Source of the DNA: Squalus acanthias
Taxonomy: Eukaryota
Direction: 5' to 3'
NCBI GenBank assembly: GCA_030390025.1
Contig: CM059431.1
Location: 111,230,001 to 111,294,000 of the forward strand
DNA length: 64,000 nucleotides
The position numbers and the translations under genes are program-made. The notes under the pieces are model-generated. The model did not search any database, was not told the origin of the DNA, and was given only the letters and a program-made list of their open reading frames with translations. Below, one piece after another: positions 50,484-63,254 of the stretch (the stretch's first letter is position 1; each line of letters begins with the position of its first letter).

Positions 50484-52624
50484 ATATTGATCAAAGTGTT
50501 TCAGCCAAAGAGGCAACTACAAAGAAAAACTATGATTGCAAAAAGATAACAAGGACTGGTAAGATGAATCACCCCCCTCCCCAACAAAGACAATCCATTA
50601 AGCCAGGTCAGCATCACCTTCTTCTAATTAGGGAATGTTTTTCCAACTTGCTACTTCGAAGAATGCACTGACAGAGCTACTGAGGAAGATTCAAATTAAT
50701 AAGCTAAAGTGTCCTGATATAATCATGCAAGAAATACACTTCTGAAACAATCTGTAAATTATACATCAATACGCATTGATAGATTTAATATAAATGTAAA
50801 CATGACGCTCACATTTGCATATGTAAATGAGGGGTGTTGGGCCTGCCCCACTCAGAATTCTTCAGCGGCCAACAAAAGGTTTTTCAAATCTTTATTATAA
50901 GAAAACATCCTGTGGAGCCAGGATGAGCAGGAGAGCGTCTCAAATTCCACAGTTGTCGCGATCGGCCTCCAACCCATAGCCCGCTCTAAACCTCCCACCT
51001 TCTCCCGGGACTTACCTGAGAGCAGGCGGCCCGAGATTAATTTTTCCCGTTGGGACGAGCTGCCTGCAGAGGTGCGACAGGCATCAGCTACCCATATGTA
51101 GATGGAAGTCCGAGGGCCAATTCCTGGCAGTCCGGGTGCGCGGAAATCAGGGCGAGTGAAAATCTACCCCGATATTATTAAAGCTGCGTGAAAACATGTT
51201 CTAATATGGGTAACAAAAGCTCATCACACAACACCGTCATTTAATTGGGAGTACGGTGCAATTGGACCCTTGCTGCTTACAAATGTACCTTGTGTTAATG
51301 GTATAAAAATAGTCATTCACTTAAAGGTCTCTGGGAACAAATAGAGGATTTGCCATCTCCTCCGAGAATGCTGAACAAACTGGGTACAATGTATGGTCCT
51401 GCAAAAATGAAAGAAATTCCAAAAATGTCACTGTGACCTCCCACCCAGTTTATTAATGTGACTATAAAGTTGCTGAGAGCCCTGTAATAATCTTCAGTCC
51501 ATTAGAACATAATTTAAAGTCTAGACCTCTGTCTCCGCACATTGAAAAAGAAAACCCCTCTGCCATTTCACAATTGCTCACTTGAATTTATGGATCAGAT
51601 TTCATAGGAGACAGGCATGAAATTAAAGTGTGTAGAATGTTCATAACTTGCTGTTAATCATTTGCAAACAACCATTTATGCTTCTGATTATCTTCCAGCA
51701 AAAGATTAATTAAAACACTATGTCATGCCAACACACATTACATATCAGTGCGATTTATGGTTATTAAGTATATTTTGCTGTAATAGTTATATGATTTAAA
51801 TGAATTACACTTTTAAAGCACAGTAGCTGTCCTGTCCTTGATTATTATTAAACTATTTAACATGACTGACTTATGCTCTCCTCGCTGTTATACCAGACTG
51901 CCAGATCATGGAATATCAATACAATGGCCTAATTCAACCTAGTAACATAAATTTAATTGATAATTGTAGCTACAAGATTCTTGTGTGAGAAAATACCATT
52001 CAGACACCAATAAATCTGAAATGTTTGAACAAGTGTAAAAATATTTTTATTTCAATGTATTGATAGTAAAATACATGTGGAAGCACAATGGGAGGGTGGG
52101 CAGTGGCTTGTAACGTGAAGCAATGCACAAAGATCTTCGAAGAGTTATATTCACAATCAACCTGACAAATTCATCACGCTATCGGTATAAGAAAACACAT
52201 GAAAAGTATTTTTTTTTGGATTATGAGAACACCAAAAGATCTAATTTATTAAAATAGCTTGTGCTGTAAGAAAAGAATATTACTGGTCCTTTGAACTGAG
52301 CTCTTCTGCTCAAAATACCTTATTAAGGACTATTAATTCCTTGTTAAAGGTCAATCAAGAAGAAATCATGCAATTTTGCATTGGAAGGGGAATGGAGAAA
52401 TATGCCAAGTGAGCTCACTGCTCGTAGTCAGTCTTGTGCATTTGCTGTGTGCAGGAAGAGCAAGGTTTCAAAGTTTCAACAAGGCACTGACAGAAGTAAT
52501 CATGCAGTTAGGGGATACGTGGGCAATGAGACTGCATCCCTCTTAACCTGACTCATGCTGGTAGCTTCAGCTGGACTCCCATTGATAGCTCCAATCCAAT
52601 CCTGCTGGGAACTCCAACCAGTCT

Positions 52625-53361
52625 CCCGCTGGTAGCCCCCAACCCAACTCTCACTGGTAGCCCCCAACCCAACTCCCACAGGTAGCCCCAACCCAACTCT
52701 CACTGGTAGCCTCCAACCCAACTCCCAGTGGTAGCCCCCAACCCAACTCCCACTGGTAGCCTCCAACCCAACTCCCACTGGTAGCCCCCAACCCAACTCC
52801 CACTGGTAGCCCCCAACCCAACTCCCACTGGTAGCCCCCAACCCAACTCCCACTGGTAGCCCCCAACCCAACTCCCACTGGTAGCCCCCAACCCAACTCC
52901 CACTGGTAGCCTGAACCCAACTCCCAGTGGTAGCCCCCAACCCAACTCCCACTGGTAGCCCGAACCCAACTCCCACTGGCAGCCCCCAACCCAACTCCCA
53001 CTGGTAGCCCCCAACCCAACTCCCACTGGTAGCCCCCAACCCAACTCCCGCTGGTAGCCCCCAACCCAACTCCCACTGGTAGCCTGAACCCAACTCCCAC
53101 TGGTAGCCCCCAACCCAACTCCCACTGGTAGCCCGAACCCAACTCCCACTGGCAGCCCCCAACCCAACTCCCACTGGTAGCCCCCAACCCAACTCCCACT
53201 GGTAGCCCCCAACCCAACTCCCGCTGGTAGCCCCCAACCCAACTCCCACTGGTAGCCCCCAACCCAAATCCCGCTGGTAGCCCCCAACCCAACTCCCAGT
53301 GATAGCCCCCAACCCAACTCCCACTGGTAGCCCCCAACCCAACTCTCACTGGTAGCCCCCA
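52625..53361. repeat. 25-bp minisatellite, left block
   Basis: Tandem GCCCCCAACCCAACTCCCACTGGTA; degenerate units extend left to about 52555. Confidence 0.97.
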
Positions 53362-54346
53362 CTGTAACTAGTGGAGTAGACAAAGGAGAACCGGTAGATG
53401 TGGTGTATCTGGATTTTCAGAAGGCCTTCGATAAGGTCCCACACAAGAGGTTGGTGAACAAAATTAGGGCACATGGAATTGGGGGTAATATACTAGCATG
53501 GATTGAGAATTGGTTAACAGACAGAAAACAAAGAGTAGGGATAAACAGGTCTTTTTCAGGATGGCAGGCTGTAAGTAGTGGGGTACTGCAAGGATCGGTG
53601 CTTGGGCCCCAGCTATTCACAATCTATATCAATGATTTGGATGAGGGGACTAAATGTAACATTTCTAAATTTGCTGATGATACAAAGCTAGGTGGCAGTG
53701 TCAGTTGCGAAGAGGATGTGATGAGGCTTCAAGGGGATCTCGACAGGCTCAGTGAGTGGGCGAGAACATGGCAGATGGAATATAATGTGGATAAATGTGA
53801 AGTTATCCACTTTGGTAGAAAAAACAGAAAGGCAGAGTATTTCCTAAATGGTGAAAGATTGGGGAATGCAGATGCTCAAAGGGACCTGGGTGTCCTTGTA
53901 CATGAGTCACTGAAAGTGAATGTGCAGGTGCAGCAAGCCATTAGGAAGGCAAATGGTATGCTGGCCTTCATTACAAGAGGATTTGAGTACAGGAGTAAAG
54001 AAGTCTTACTCCAATTATATAGGGCCTTGGTTTAGAACCAGGGGCCACAGCCTCAAGATAAGGGGAAGGCCATTCAGGACTGAGATGAGAAGAAATTTCT
54101 TCACGCAGAGGGTGGTGAATCTTTGGAATTCTCTACCCCAGAGGGTTGTGGAGGCTCAGTCATTGGGTATATTCAAAACAGAAGTCGATAGATTTCTGAC
54201 TAGTAAGGGCATCAAGGGATATGGCGATAGGGCCGGTGAATGGAGTTGAGGCAGAAGATCAGCCATGATCTCATTGAATGGCGGAGCAGGCTCGAAGGGC
54301 CGAATGGCCTACTCCTGCTCCTATTTCTTAAGTTATGATGTTCTTG
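53362..54346 (+). mobile_element. Internally deleted CR1 3' fragment inserted in the minisatellite
   Basis: ORF 53400-54035 YLDFQKAFDKVPH...FADDTKLGG; jumps from YRALV straight to RTRGHSLKI; CR1 3' UTR follows. Confidence 0.92.
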
Positions 54347-55470
54347 ACCCAACTCCCACTGGTAGCCCCCAACCCAATTCCCACTGGTAGCCCCCAACCC
54401 AACTCCCAGTGGTAGCCCCCAACCCAACTCCCACTGGTAGCCCCCCAACCCAATTCCCACTGGTAGCCCCCAACCCAACTCCCACTGGTAGCCCCCAACC
54501 CAACTCCCAGTGGTAGCCCCCAACCCAACTCCCAGTGATAGCCCCCAACCCAACTCCCACTGGTAGGCCCCAACCCAACTCTGACTGGTAGCCCCCAACC
54601 CAACTCCCACTGGTAGCCCCCCATCCAACTCCCACTGGTAGCCCCCAACCCAACTCCCGCTGGTAGCCCCCAACCCAACTCTCACTGGTAGCCCCAACCC
54701 AACTCCCACTGGTAGCCCCCAACCCAACTCCCACTGGTAGCCCCCAACCCAACTCCCAGTGGTAGCCCCCAACCCAACTCCCAGTGGTAGCCCCCCAACC
54801 CAATTCCCACTGGTAGCCCCCAACCCAACTCCCACTGGTAGCCCCCAACCCAACTCCCAGTGGTAGCCCCCAACCCAACTCCCAGTGATAGCCCCCAACC
54901 CAACTCCCACTGGTAGGCCCCAACCCAACTCTCACTGGTAGCCCCCAACCCAACTCCCACTGGTAGCCCCCCATCCAACTCCCACTGGTAGCCCCCAACC
55001 CAACTCCCGCTGGTAGCCCCCAACCCAACTCTCACTGGTAGCCCCAACCCAACTCCCACTGGTAGCCCCCAACCCAACTCCCACTGGTAGCCCCCAACCC
55101 AACTCCCACTGGTAGCCTCCAACCCAACTCCCACTGGTAGCCCCCCAACCCAACTCCCACTGGTAGCCCCAACCCAACTCTCACTGGTAGCCCCCAACCC
55201 AACTCCCACTGGTAACCCCCCCACCCAACTCTCACTGGTAGCCCCCAACCCAACTCTCACTGGTAGCCCCCAACCCAACTCCCACTGGTAGCCCCCAACC
55301 CAATTCCCACTGGTAACCCCCCAACCCAACTCCCACTGGTAGCCCCCAACCCAACTCCCACTGGTAGCCCCCAACCCAACTCCCAGTGGTAGCCCCAACC
55401 CAACTCTCACTGGTAGCCCCCAACCCAACTCTCACTGGTAGCCCCCAACCAACTCTCACTGATAGCCCCC
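54347..55470. repeat. 25-bp minisatellite, right block
   Basis: Same unit; degenerate units continue to about 55545. Confidence 0.97.
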
Positions 55471-56089
55471 ACTCCAATTCCATCTGGCAGCTTGAACCCA
55501 ATTCCGCTGGCATCTCTTACTTGACTCCTGCTGGCAACCTTAATCCACTTTTATTTCTAATGCACTTGCACAGTTGAACAAGTAATGGCAATCCCTACAA
55601 ATATTACAATTAGCCATTTGATGATGTATGCTTTGAAAAAAGGAGTTCTTAGAAAATATTAAAAAAAAGTTATTTCTTCAAAACAGGTTCATGTTTAAAT
55701 TTATTTTTTCATACTTTATAAGGAATAAAAAAATTAGGATTCAACTCAAAGTCACAACTAATGCAGAGTTTAGAGTGACCACCTATCTCATTCTGAATCA
55801 GAAATTCCTACTTCAGGGATGGCTACCTAGTAACCTTAAAGAATGAAAACCAGACTGGAAAACATTGGTTTCCGATGCTATTTTTAAAAATGAGCCTATT
55901 TCATGCATGAACACAACCTTTTAAAAAATGACAATCTAGGACCAGTATCAGACTCAGCAATGGTGAGGGCAACTTACTAAATATTAATGGGTAGTCTTCT
56001 GCTAACTCCTTCCAAAAAAACTCCCCATACTGAACAACGTGCAACAATTGTGCTCCAAAACAATGTGCCTCAATTGTGGTCCCAAACAG

Positions 56090-56525
56090 GCGTCAGCTGT
56101 GGCTCAATGAGTAGCATTCTCGCTTCTGAGTCAGAAGATTATGGGTTCATAGTCCTACACCAGAGGCTTGAGCACAAAAATCTCGGCTGACACTCCAGTG
56201 CAGTGCTGAGGGAGTGCTGCACTGTCGGAGGTGCCGTCTTTCAGATGAGACGTTAAACCGAGGACCCGTCTGCTCTCTCAGATGGGCGTAAAAGATCCCA
56301 GGGGAGTTCACCCCGCTGTCCTGGCTAATATTTATCCCTGAATCAACATCACAAAAACAGATTATCTGGTCATTATCACGTTGCTGTTTGTGGGAGCTTG
56401 CAATTGGCTGCTGTATTTCCTACATTACAACAGTGACTACATTTCAAAAGTACTTCATTGGCTGTAAAGCGCTTTGGATTGTTCTGAGGTCGCGAAAGGC
56501 GCTATATAAATGCAAGTCTTTTTTC
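56090..56525 (+). mobile_element. tRNA-derived SINE (DeuSINE-like)
   Basis: Head, central domain and L2-like tail as in the other copies; CAAACA on both flanks. Confidence 0.85.
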
Positions 56526-56881
56526 AAACAACATGCAACAATTGTACAGTAAACCAATGTGCAACAACTATGGTCCAAAATAATGCTGCTGCTGGTGAGC
56601 TGTAAAAACCATTGCCAAATCCAGTTCTGCAGCTGTGAGGACATGCCAAGTAGCGATGAGGTAATTCCTGACAGAAAGGGAGGGACAACCAGAGAGCCGG
56701 TTACCTCAGGCACTTACACACACTTCCTGCTTAATGGGTGGGGTGGCATTGGCGGAGGTCGAGGAACATAAATTCTATGAATTAAAAAGCAGAATCGTGT
56801 TGAGAAGCTCCAGCCTTTCAGTATAAAGTTATTATTTTTTTCCCCCAATTCTCCCCCCCGCTCCCACTGTTCTCTCTTGAA

Positions 56882-57054
56882 GGGGTAACTTTGGCTTTGG
56901 GTGATAGTCTTAAACGGGTGATATCGGATCAGCCGACCGTTATATATCTCTCTCGATTTTCATTTCCGTTGAAGTCAGTCGGGAGAGGTGTGTAATAGGC
57001 GGCTGAATCGATGTTGCCTGTTTTGCATTATCGCCCAAAGTCAGAATTATTCCC
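56882..57054. mobile_element. Small palindromic MITE
   Basis: CTTTGGGTGATA...TATCGCCCAAAG arms; related to 22309-22440. Confidence 0.6.
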
Positions 57055-57919
57055 ACTGACTCCTGCTGAGGTACGGGTTCGTGGCCACCCGAAGGCTGCT
57101 GGTACCTTGGTGCTGGCAGACTATTCGATTGAGGAAGGATTGACAGCAGGCCTCATCCTGTCCCTCACACAACAGTTCAGAAATTCCAATCAGCAATGTT
57201 CACAGAACAACAACCACAATTTGCATTTATATAGAAACACTTAAGGTGTTTCTTACTGTATTCCTGTGTATGCAAAGACAATCCAGCAGCTGCAGTAACG
57301 CCTCCACCAGACCAATGAGTCTATGACATGGGAAATAGATCCCAGCTTCTCATCAAATTAGTAATTCAAAATAGAACGGATGATAATCCAGTGCATTTGT
57401 AATTATTGAGAACAAAGTATTTTTGATAAATAATTTGTTAAAATTGAGCTTTAAAACATACTATACACCATTCTGATAGGCTTATGCTTGGGCAAAAAGC
57501 TCCACTATTTCATATAAAACATCTTGGAGGAGGTATGGTGGCTGTACTGTGTCATTACTTCTAATTGCAGCTGCAATAATTGTTTTTTAAATACCCGTGT
57601 CCCTCATGTGGCAGGAGCCCCAAGGGAGTCTTTTATTTCCATACTCAGTGATCGAAAGTGATGGTCCTGTAACCACAGGTTGGTTCTACAGGCATTTTGC
57701 CTTTCTCTCCCATTGCTACTCGTTGCACTCGAGTGCATGAATGACAGTAGCAGGACGAAAGCATCCAAATTATGACTTGAATATTAATAGTGGGATGCTC
57801 AAAATCATATTGTAGCAGGGTATAAAATAATCACCATCAGCTATCTCAAGAATTTAGGTGGTATGAAGTGGCTTCTGTCGCAGGTAGACAATAAAATAAA
57901 ATCAACAAATGCTTCTTTT

Positions 57920-60150
57920 GTTGGTCCGGTCCGGTCCGGATGGGATGCATTCTCGATTGCTGAGGAAAGTAAGGATGGAAATTGCAGAGGCTCTGGCCAC
58001 AATATTCCAATCCTCCTTAGACATGGGTATGGTGCCAGAGGACTGGAGGATTGCAAATGTTCAAAAAAGGGGAGAGGGATAAACCCAGTAACTACAGGCC
58101 AGTCAGCCTAACGTCGGCAGTGGGGAAACTTTTAGAGACAATAATCCGGGACAAAATTAATTGGCAGTTGTAAAAATATGGATTAATAAATGAAAGCTAG
58201 CACGGATTTTTTAAAGGTAAATCATGTTTGACTAACTTGATTGCGTTTTTGATGAAGTAACGGAAAGGGTTGGTGAGGGTAGTGTGGTTGATGTGAATAT
58301 GAACTTTCAATAGGCGTTTAATAAAGTACCACATAATAGACTTGTTGGCAAAATTGAAGCCCATGGGATTACAGAGGCAGTGGCTGCATGGATATGAAAT
58401 TGGCTAAGGGACACAAAGTGGAGTGGAGTGGTGAGCATTTTTTTTTCCAGACGAGAGGGAAGTGTGCAGTGATGTCCCCAACGATCGGTGTTGGGACCAC
58501 TGCTCTTTTTGATATATATTAATGGCCAGGACTTGGGTATACAGGGCATAATTTCAAAGTTTGCAGATGACATGAAGTAGTAAATAGTGAGGAGGACAGT
58601 TACAGACTTGAGGAGGACATAGATTGGTGAAATGCGCAGACACATGGGAGATGAAATTTAACACCAATAAGTGTGAAGTGATTAATTTTGGTGGGAAGAA
58701 TGAGGAGAGGCAATATAAACTAAATGGTACAACTTTAAATGGGGTGCAGGAACTGAGACACCTGGGGATGTACGTACACAAGTCTTTGAAGGTGGCAGGA
58801 CAAGTTGACAAGGCTGCTAAGAAAGCATACGGGATCCTTGGTTTTATAAATAGAGACATAGGGCTGGATTTTGATACTGGGGGCGGGTTGGGGTCGTGAA
58901 TCCCACTTTTTGGGTTGTAGGCCCGCCTCCATCGACTTGTGGCCAACCCACTGTATTTTCCCTTGATTGACCTTGTTGAGCCCGCCCAGTGAGCTCAGCA
59001 GGCCAATTAAGGGCCACCCGGCAACAGGTGACGTCACAGATTGACATTTCATCTGTCAAGAGCTTTTGACAGATGAAATATCAGCGTTTGACAGCTCTGT
59101 GAAGCTGTCAAACACTGACAATTTGTCTTCTAACTTGAGTCCTTCCTCTCAGGCTGAGTTAGAAATCATTCCAGCACAGAAAACAGAGGCTGAAACTTTT
59201 GACAGCACCACGGCCTTTCTGCTTTCTGTGCCGGTGAGATTTCTGACTCCCGAGAACTGAAGGGCTGACACCTGCAGGAGGAAGTTAAGGTAAGTAAAAC
59301 TTTTTCCCACACTTTGCACTTACCTTACACACTTACCTCTGCACACATGCACCCATCACTCACCTGCCCACTGGACATATCGGCCCCTCCAACCCCTGCA
59401 GACCCACGGTCCGCCCCGATAACTTGCCGTGGTTGGCACCTGTCGGGAAGCCAACATTTCACCTTTCAAAATAGGGAATAGGCAAAAAACTGCCTGTTAA
59501 CTACCTGTTAACAGGCAGTTAATTGTCACTAATCCCCTTCCCGCCTCGGGGAATCGGGTCCCAGCACAGGTCGGGTGCCCGCCACCAGCGAAACTGGCAT
59601 GGAGGCGGGTTGGGGGCGGGATGGGGTCAGGGACCCCCGAATCTGCAACTTTAACCCCCCACACGCCTCCAAACCCGACTCCACGGGTCAATGAAAATCC
59701 AGCCCATAGAGTACAAAACCAAGGGAGTTATGCTAAACCTTTATAAATTACTGGTTAGGCCCCAGCTGGAGTATTGTGGCCAATACTGAGCACCACACTT
59801 TAGAAAGGATGTCAAGTCCTTGGAGAGGGTGCAGAAGATATTTACTAGAATCGCACCAGGGATGAGGGTCTTCAGTTTGTGTAGAGACGAGATAAACTGG
59901 CAGAGAAGATTAAGGGGAGATGTGATAGAGGTGTTCAAAATCATGAAGAGTTCTGATAGAGTAAATAAGGAGAAACTGTTTCCAGTGGCAGAAGGGTCGG
60001 TAACCAAAGGACACAGATTTAAGGTAATTGGCAAAAGAACCAGAGGCGACAAAAGGTGAAAATTTTTACAGGGTGAGTTGTTGTGATCTGGAATGCACTG
60101 CCTGAAAGGCTGGTGGAAGCAGATTCAGTAATAACTTTCAAAAGGGAAGT
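57920..60150 (+). mobile_element. Degenerate CR1 RT fragment interrupted by a MITE
   Basis: PDGMH, NYRPVSLTS, WEMKFNTNKCEV, GFINRDI|EYK, ERVQKIFTR motifs with many stops. Confidence 0.88.
58861..59705 (+). mobile_element. Harbinger-like MITE with family Y ends and family X core
   Basis: TIR GGGCTGGATTTT/AAAATCCAGCCC; TSD ATA (58858-58860, 59706-59708). Confidence 0.92.
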
Positions 60151-60399
60151 TTTCAGCTCAGGCAATCAGTGGCAGTATTGGGCACTCCCATGTCAGGATA
60201 TAGCATAGGTTTAGCAGGGTTAGATGCAGAGTAAATCTCCCTCTATTCTGCCCCAATAATGTGCCTCAGCCCATACTGCAGAAGTGTAGCGATGGACCAG
60301 TTTGAGTATTAAAATGTTGTAGACACTCCCTGAATACCAGTAACTGCCATAAGAATCTTTCAAAAAGGGATGTTGAAACTGAGCAAGTGAGTTGCTTGT

Positions 60400-60812
60400 A
60401 AGAATAAAGGAGTTTACAGGAATAACGCACCTCTTTTTGAGGCAACTATCTAATTCCTTTTTAAAACCATTTATGGGCTTTGCCTCAAGAATGGTTTTTG
60501 GCAGAGAATTCCACAAACATCACCCTCTGTGTAAAGTAGTTAAATTTAAGCAATGTTTACATTCCCTCTTCTGAGCTTGAATCTGTGACTCCCCCAAGAG
60601 TTTCTGGTTTTGTCAAATAATCTATTATAGCCCAGTTTATCTTAGAATCTTGAAAATTTCATTAAGATCTCCCCGTGCTTTCTTTTCTACAGTGTAAAGA
60701 TTACCAGGTTCTTTTGCCTCTCCTTGTCGCTCAAGTGCCTGATCTTCAGTATCAGTTTAGTTGTCCTCCTTTGTACGGTCTCCAGAGCCAGGATGTTTCC
60801 CCTAAAAGTACA
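60400..60812 (-). mobile_element. Old CR1 3' relic; continues at 61464-61500
   Basis: ALETVQRRTTKLI...NLVIFTL and WNSLPKTILEAKPINGFKKELD. Confidence 0.7.
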
Positions 60813-61463
60813 GGGCTGGATTTTGATACTGGGGCGGGCTGGGGTCGTGTTATCCACTTTTCGTGTTATCCACCCGACTGCAATTGGATATGGGAGATTG
60901 ATGCAATTTTCACCTAATTGGGCAATTGAGTTCCAGCATGTGGGAACCCATGAACCAATTAGTGTTTTCAGTCTGAAAGTCACCTCTGATGATGTCATCA
61001 TTGCTGCTGCATTGAAGGTCTTCAGAGACTGCCTGGCCTTTGCTGTGAGAGGACCTGGATGCAAAATGAGCAGCAGCAGCCCTAAGTCTGCTCCCAGATA
61101 TTTTTACATCACCACTCACAGAGAGAGAGAGAGAGAGAGAGAGATATCTCCAGCCAGCCAAATGTGCTCCCGCCAGGTTTCACAATCGTGTTTCAGAACA
61201 GGCGTGCTTCACGTAGAACAAGGGTTAAAATCACAAAGGCCTTTCAAAATGGCATTATAGAGCCAATTTAGTGCTTGTTAAGGGCCTTAACAGCCTATCC
61301 CGTCTCTTAGAGGCAGGACAGAGTCGGGACCAGCAGACACGATTTAATGAAAATTGCGTGGAGGCGGGATGGAGGCGGACTTGTGCCCGCCCGCCAGTTT
61401 TCGCAGTTTTAACCCCCCACACGTCTCCAAACTCGCCTCCACGGGTCAATGAAAATCCGGCCC
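60813..61463 (+). mobile_element. Harbinger-like MITE (family Y)
   Basis: TIR GGGCTGGATTTT/AAAATCCGGCCC; TSD ACA; closely similar to 16118-16878. Confidence 0.92.
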
Positions 61464-61935
61464 ACAGAGTCCGGAATGGTACACACAGATGGTGCTCAGA
61501 CCGAAATACTCATTAAGCTGTTATTGCATCAGAATCAATGTTATGAAGTTTTCTCATTTCTTCTTATTTTTGAAGTTGTCTTCCAGAGGAATACATTGTC
61601 CCAGAGGTTCTAAAGTAACCATCTGTGAAAGAGAAGCCAGAATGTGTTCAATTATTTGTGCCATCTTTTCTACAGCTAAATGAAATTAAATGGATATTTT
61701 GAAACTAAAGTAATCTTTTATTTCGTTCTTAACGTTCTTGAGGGTGATTTTCAACTTTGCCCCCTGGGATAACCTGGCCGAGCGAATCAGTCGCCTGTTG
61801 TAGAACCTCGCCCGATTTTTGTTCTATTAAAAACGACACCACAATTATCCACCAAACCTTATATGAACCTTGTTGTGTAGCTTCTTTTGTTACTTGTATT
61901 AAAGCTCCTTTTCTGGGGGAATAACAATACATAAT

Positions 61936-62675
61936 GGCCCAAAAATTAGTCCCGCGACGCGAGAGTACGCACTGTGTACTCTCGCGTATTCTGTCTCCAA
62001 TTGCCGGTTTTCCGCATGCCCCGCGCATGCGCTGAAAACCGGCACTTGGTTTTTGGAAAAGGGGGCAGTTCCTCGGTGCACCGCGTGCGCGCTACAGGCT
62101 GCGCGCACACTGTGCACTTAGTGCTTTGGACGCGCAGGTAAGGACGGAAGATTTTAGAAATGAAAAAAGGAGGAGTAAGACCCACTTTTAACAAGGTAAG
62201 TAGTGAATTAAGTATTATTTTGAATTTTTTTTAACAGGCATATCTTTTTTAGAGACGTTAAAGACAGGTAAGTTTATTTTTATAACTTTTTAAAAGATTT
62301 TAAATTTTTTCAAAAATTTAATTTTTTATTTAAAATGGTTAATTTATTTAACTATACTTATTTTATTAATGTGATGTTTTTTTTAATTTAATTGAGGTTT
62401 AGCTGTTATTTTGCGGGTGTGTAAGATTCATAGCTTTCACAGCACTTATGTGAAACTTATGAATGGAAGATGGTGTGCTGCCATTGGCTCTAACTGAGTC
62501 ACGTGATCCCACAGCTCGCACGAATTCACTACGCCGGTGGGATACACAAGCACTGCCCAGCTGATGTCTAGAACATCAAGTTCGTGCGAGCTGGATCTGA
62601 AAAAGCCAACGGGGAGTGAGAGATCGCGGGGAAGCCTTACCCCCGCATCAACACTCAGTCTTTAATTTCTGGGCC
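61936..62675. mobile_element. MITE (family Z)
   Basis: TIR GGCCCAAAAATT/AATTTCTGGGCC; TSD AAT; inverted homolog of 25386-26146. Confidence 0.85.
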
Positions 62676-62904
62676 AATGTTTCTTTTATTATTTGCATTT
62701 TACTTGTCTCTTTCCTTTGCCTAGGATATTAGTGTACCATGCACGCAAGAACAACATTTGGTGACTCTTGATTTTCAATATTTAACAGGAAGGTTCCTTC
62801 GATAGTGGAAAATCTACTGTATATAACAAAGAACCCTATTCATCTCTTCCATCACTTGTGGTTAGATTAGCACAAACCTGTTGTAAATTGTCCTTCAGTT
62901 GTGT

Positions 62905-63254
62905 TAGAATCATAGAATCTTACAGCACAGAAGGAGGCCATTTGGCCCATCGTGCCTGTGCCAGCTCTTTGAAAGAGCTATCCAATTAGTCCCGCTCCCC
63001 CGCTCTTTCCCCATAGCCCTGCAATTTTTTCCACTTCAACTATTTATCCAATTCCCTTTTGAACTTGACTATTGAATCTGCTTCCACCGCCCTTTCAGGC
63101 AGTGCATTCCAGATCATAATAACTCGATGCATAAAAACATTTCTCCTCATCTCCCCTCTCGTTCTTTTGGCAATTATCTTAAATCTGTGTCCTCTGGTTA
63201 CCGACCCTCCTGCCAGTGGAAACAGTTTCTCCTTATTTACTCTATCGAAACCCT
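62905..63254 (-). mobile_element. CR1 LINE 3' fragment
   Basis: TRGHRFKII...HRVIMIWNALPE and the (AGAATCAT) tail. Confidence 0.9.

Noticed and set aside
52625..55470. CRISPR array or telomeric repeat
   Set aside because: Units are contiguous with no spacers, the unit is not TTAGGG, and the context is eukaryotic.
52500..55513. Long Gly/Trp-rich ORFs of 200-280 aa
   Set aside because: All three minus frames give the same repeats; this is an artefact of a stop-free 25-bp minisatellite.
60724..61260. Repeated ORF also seen at 16077 and 9-233
   Set aside because: The similarity comes from copies of a non-coding MITE.
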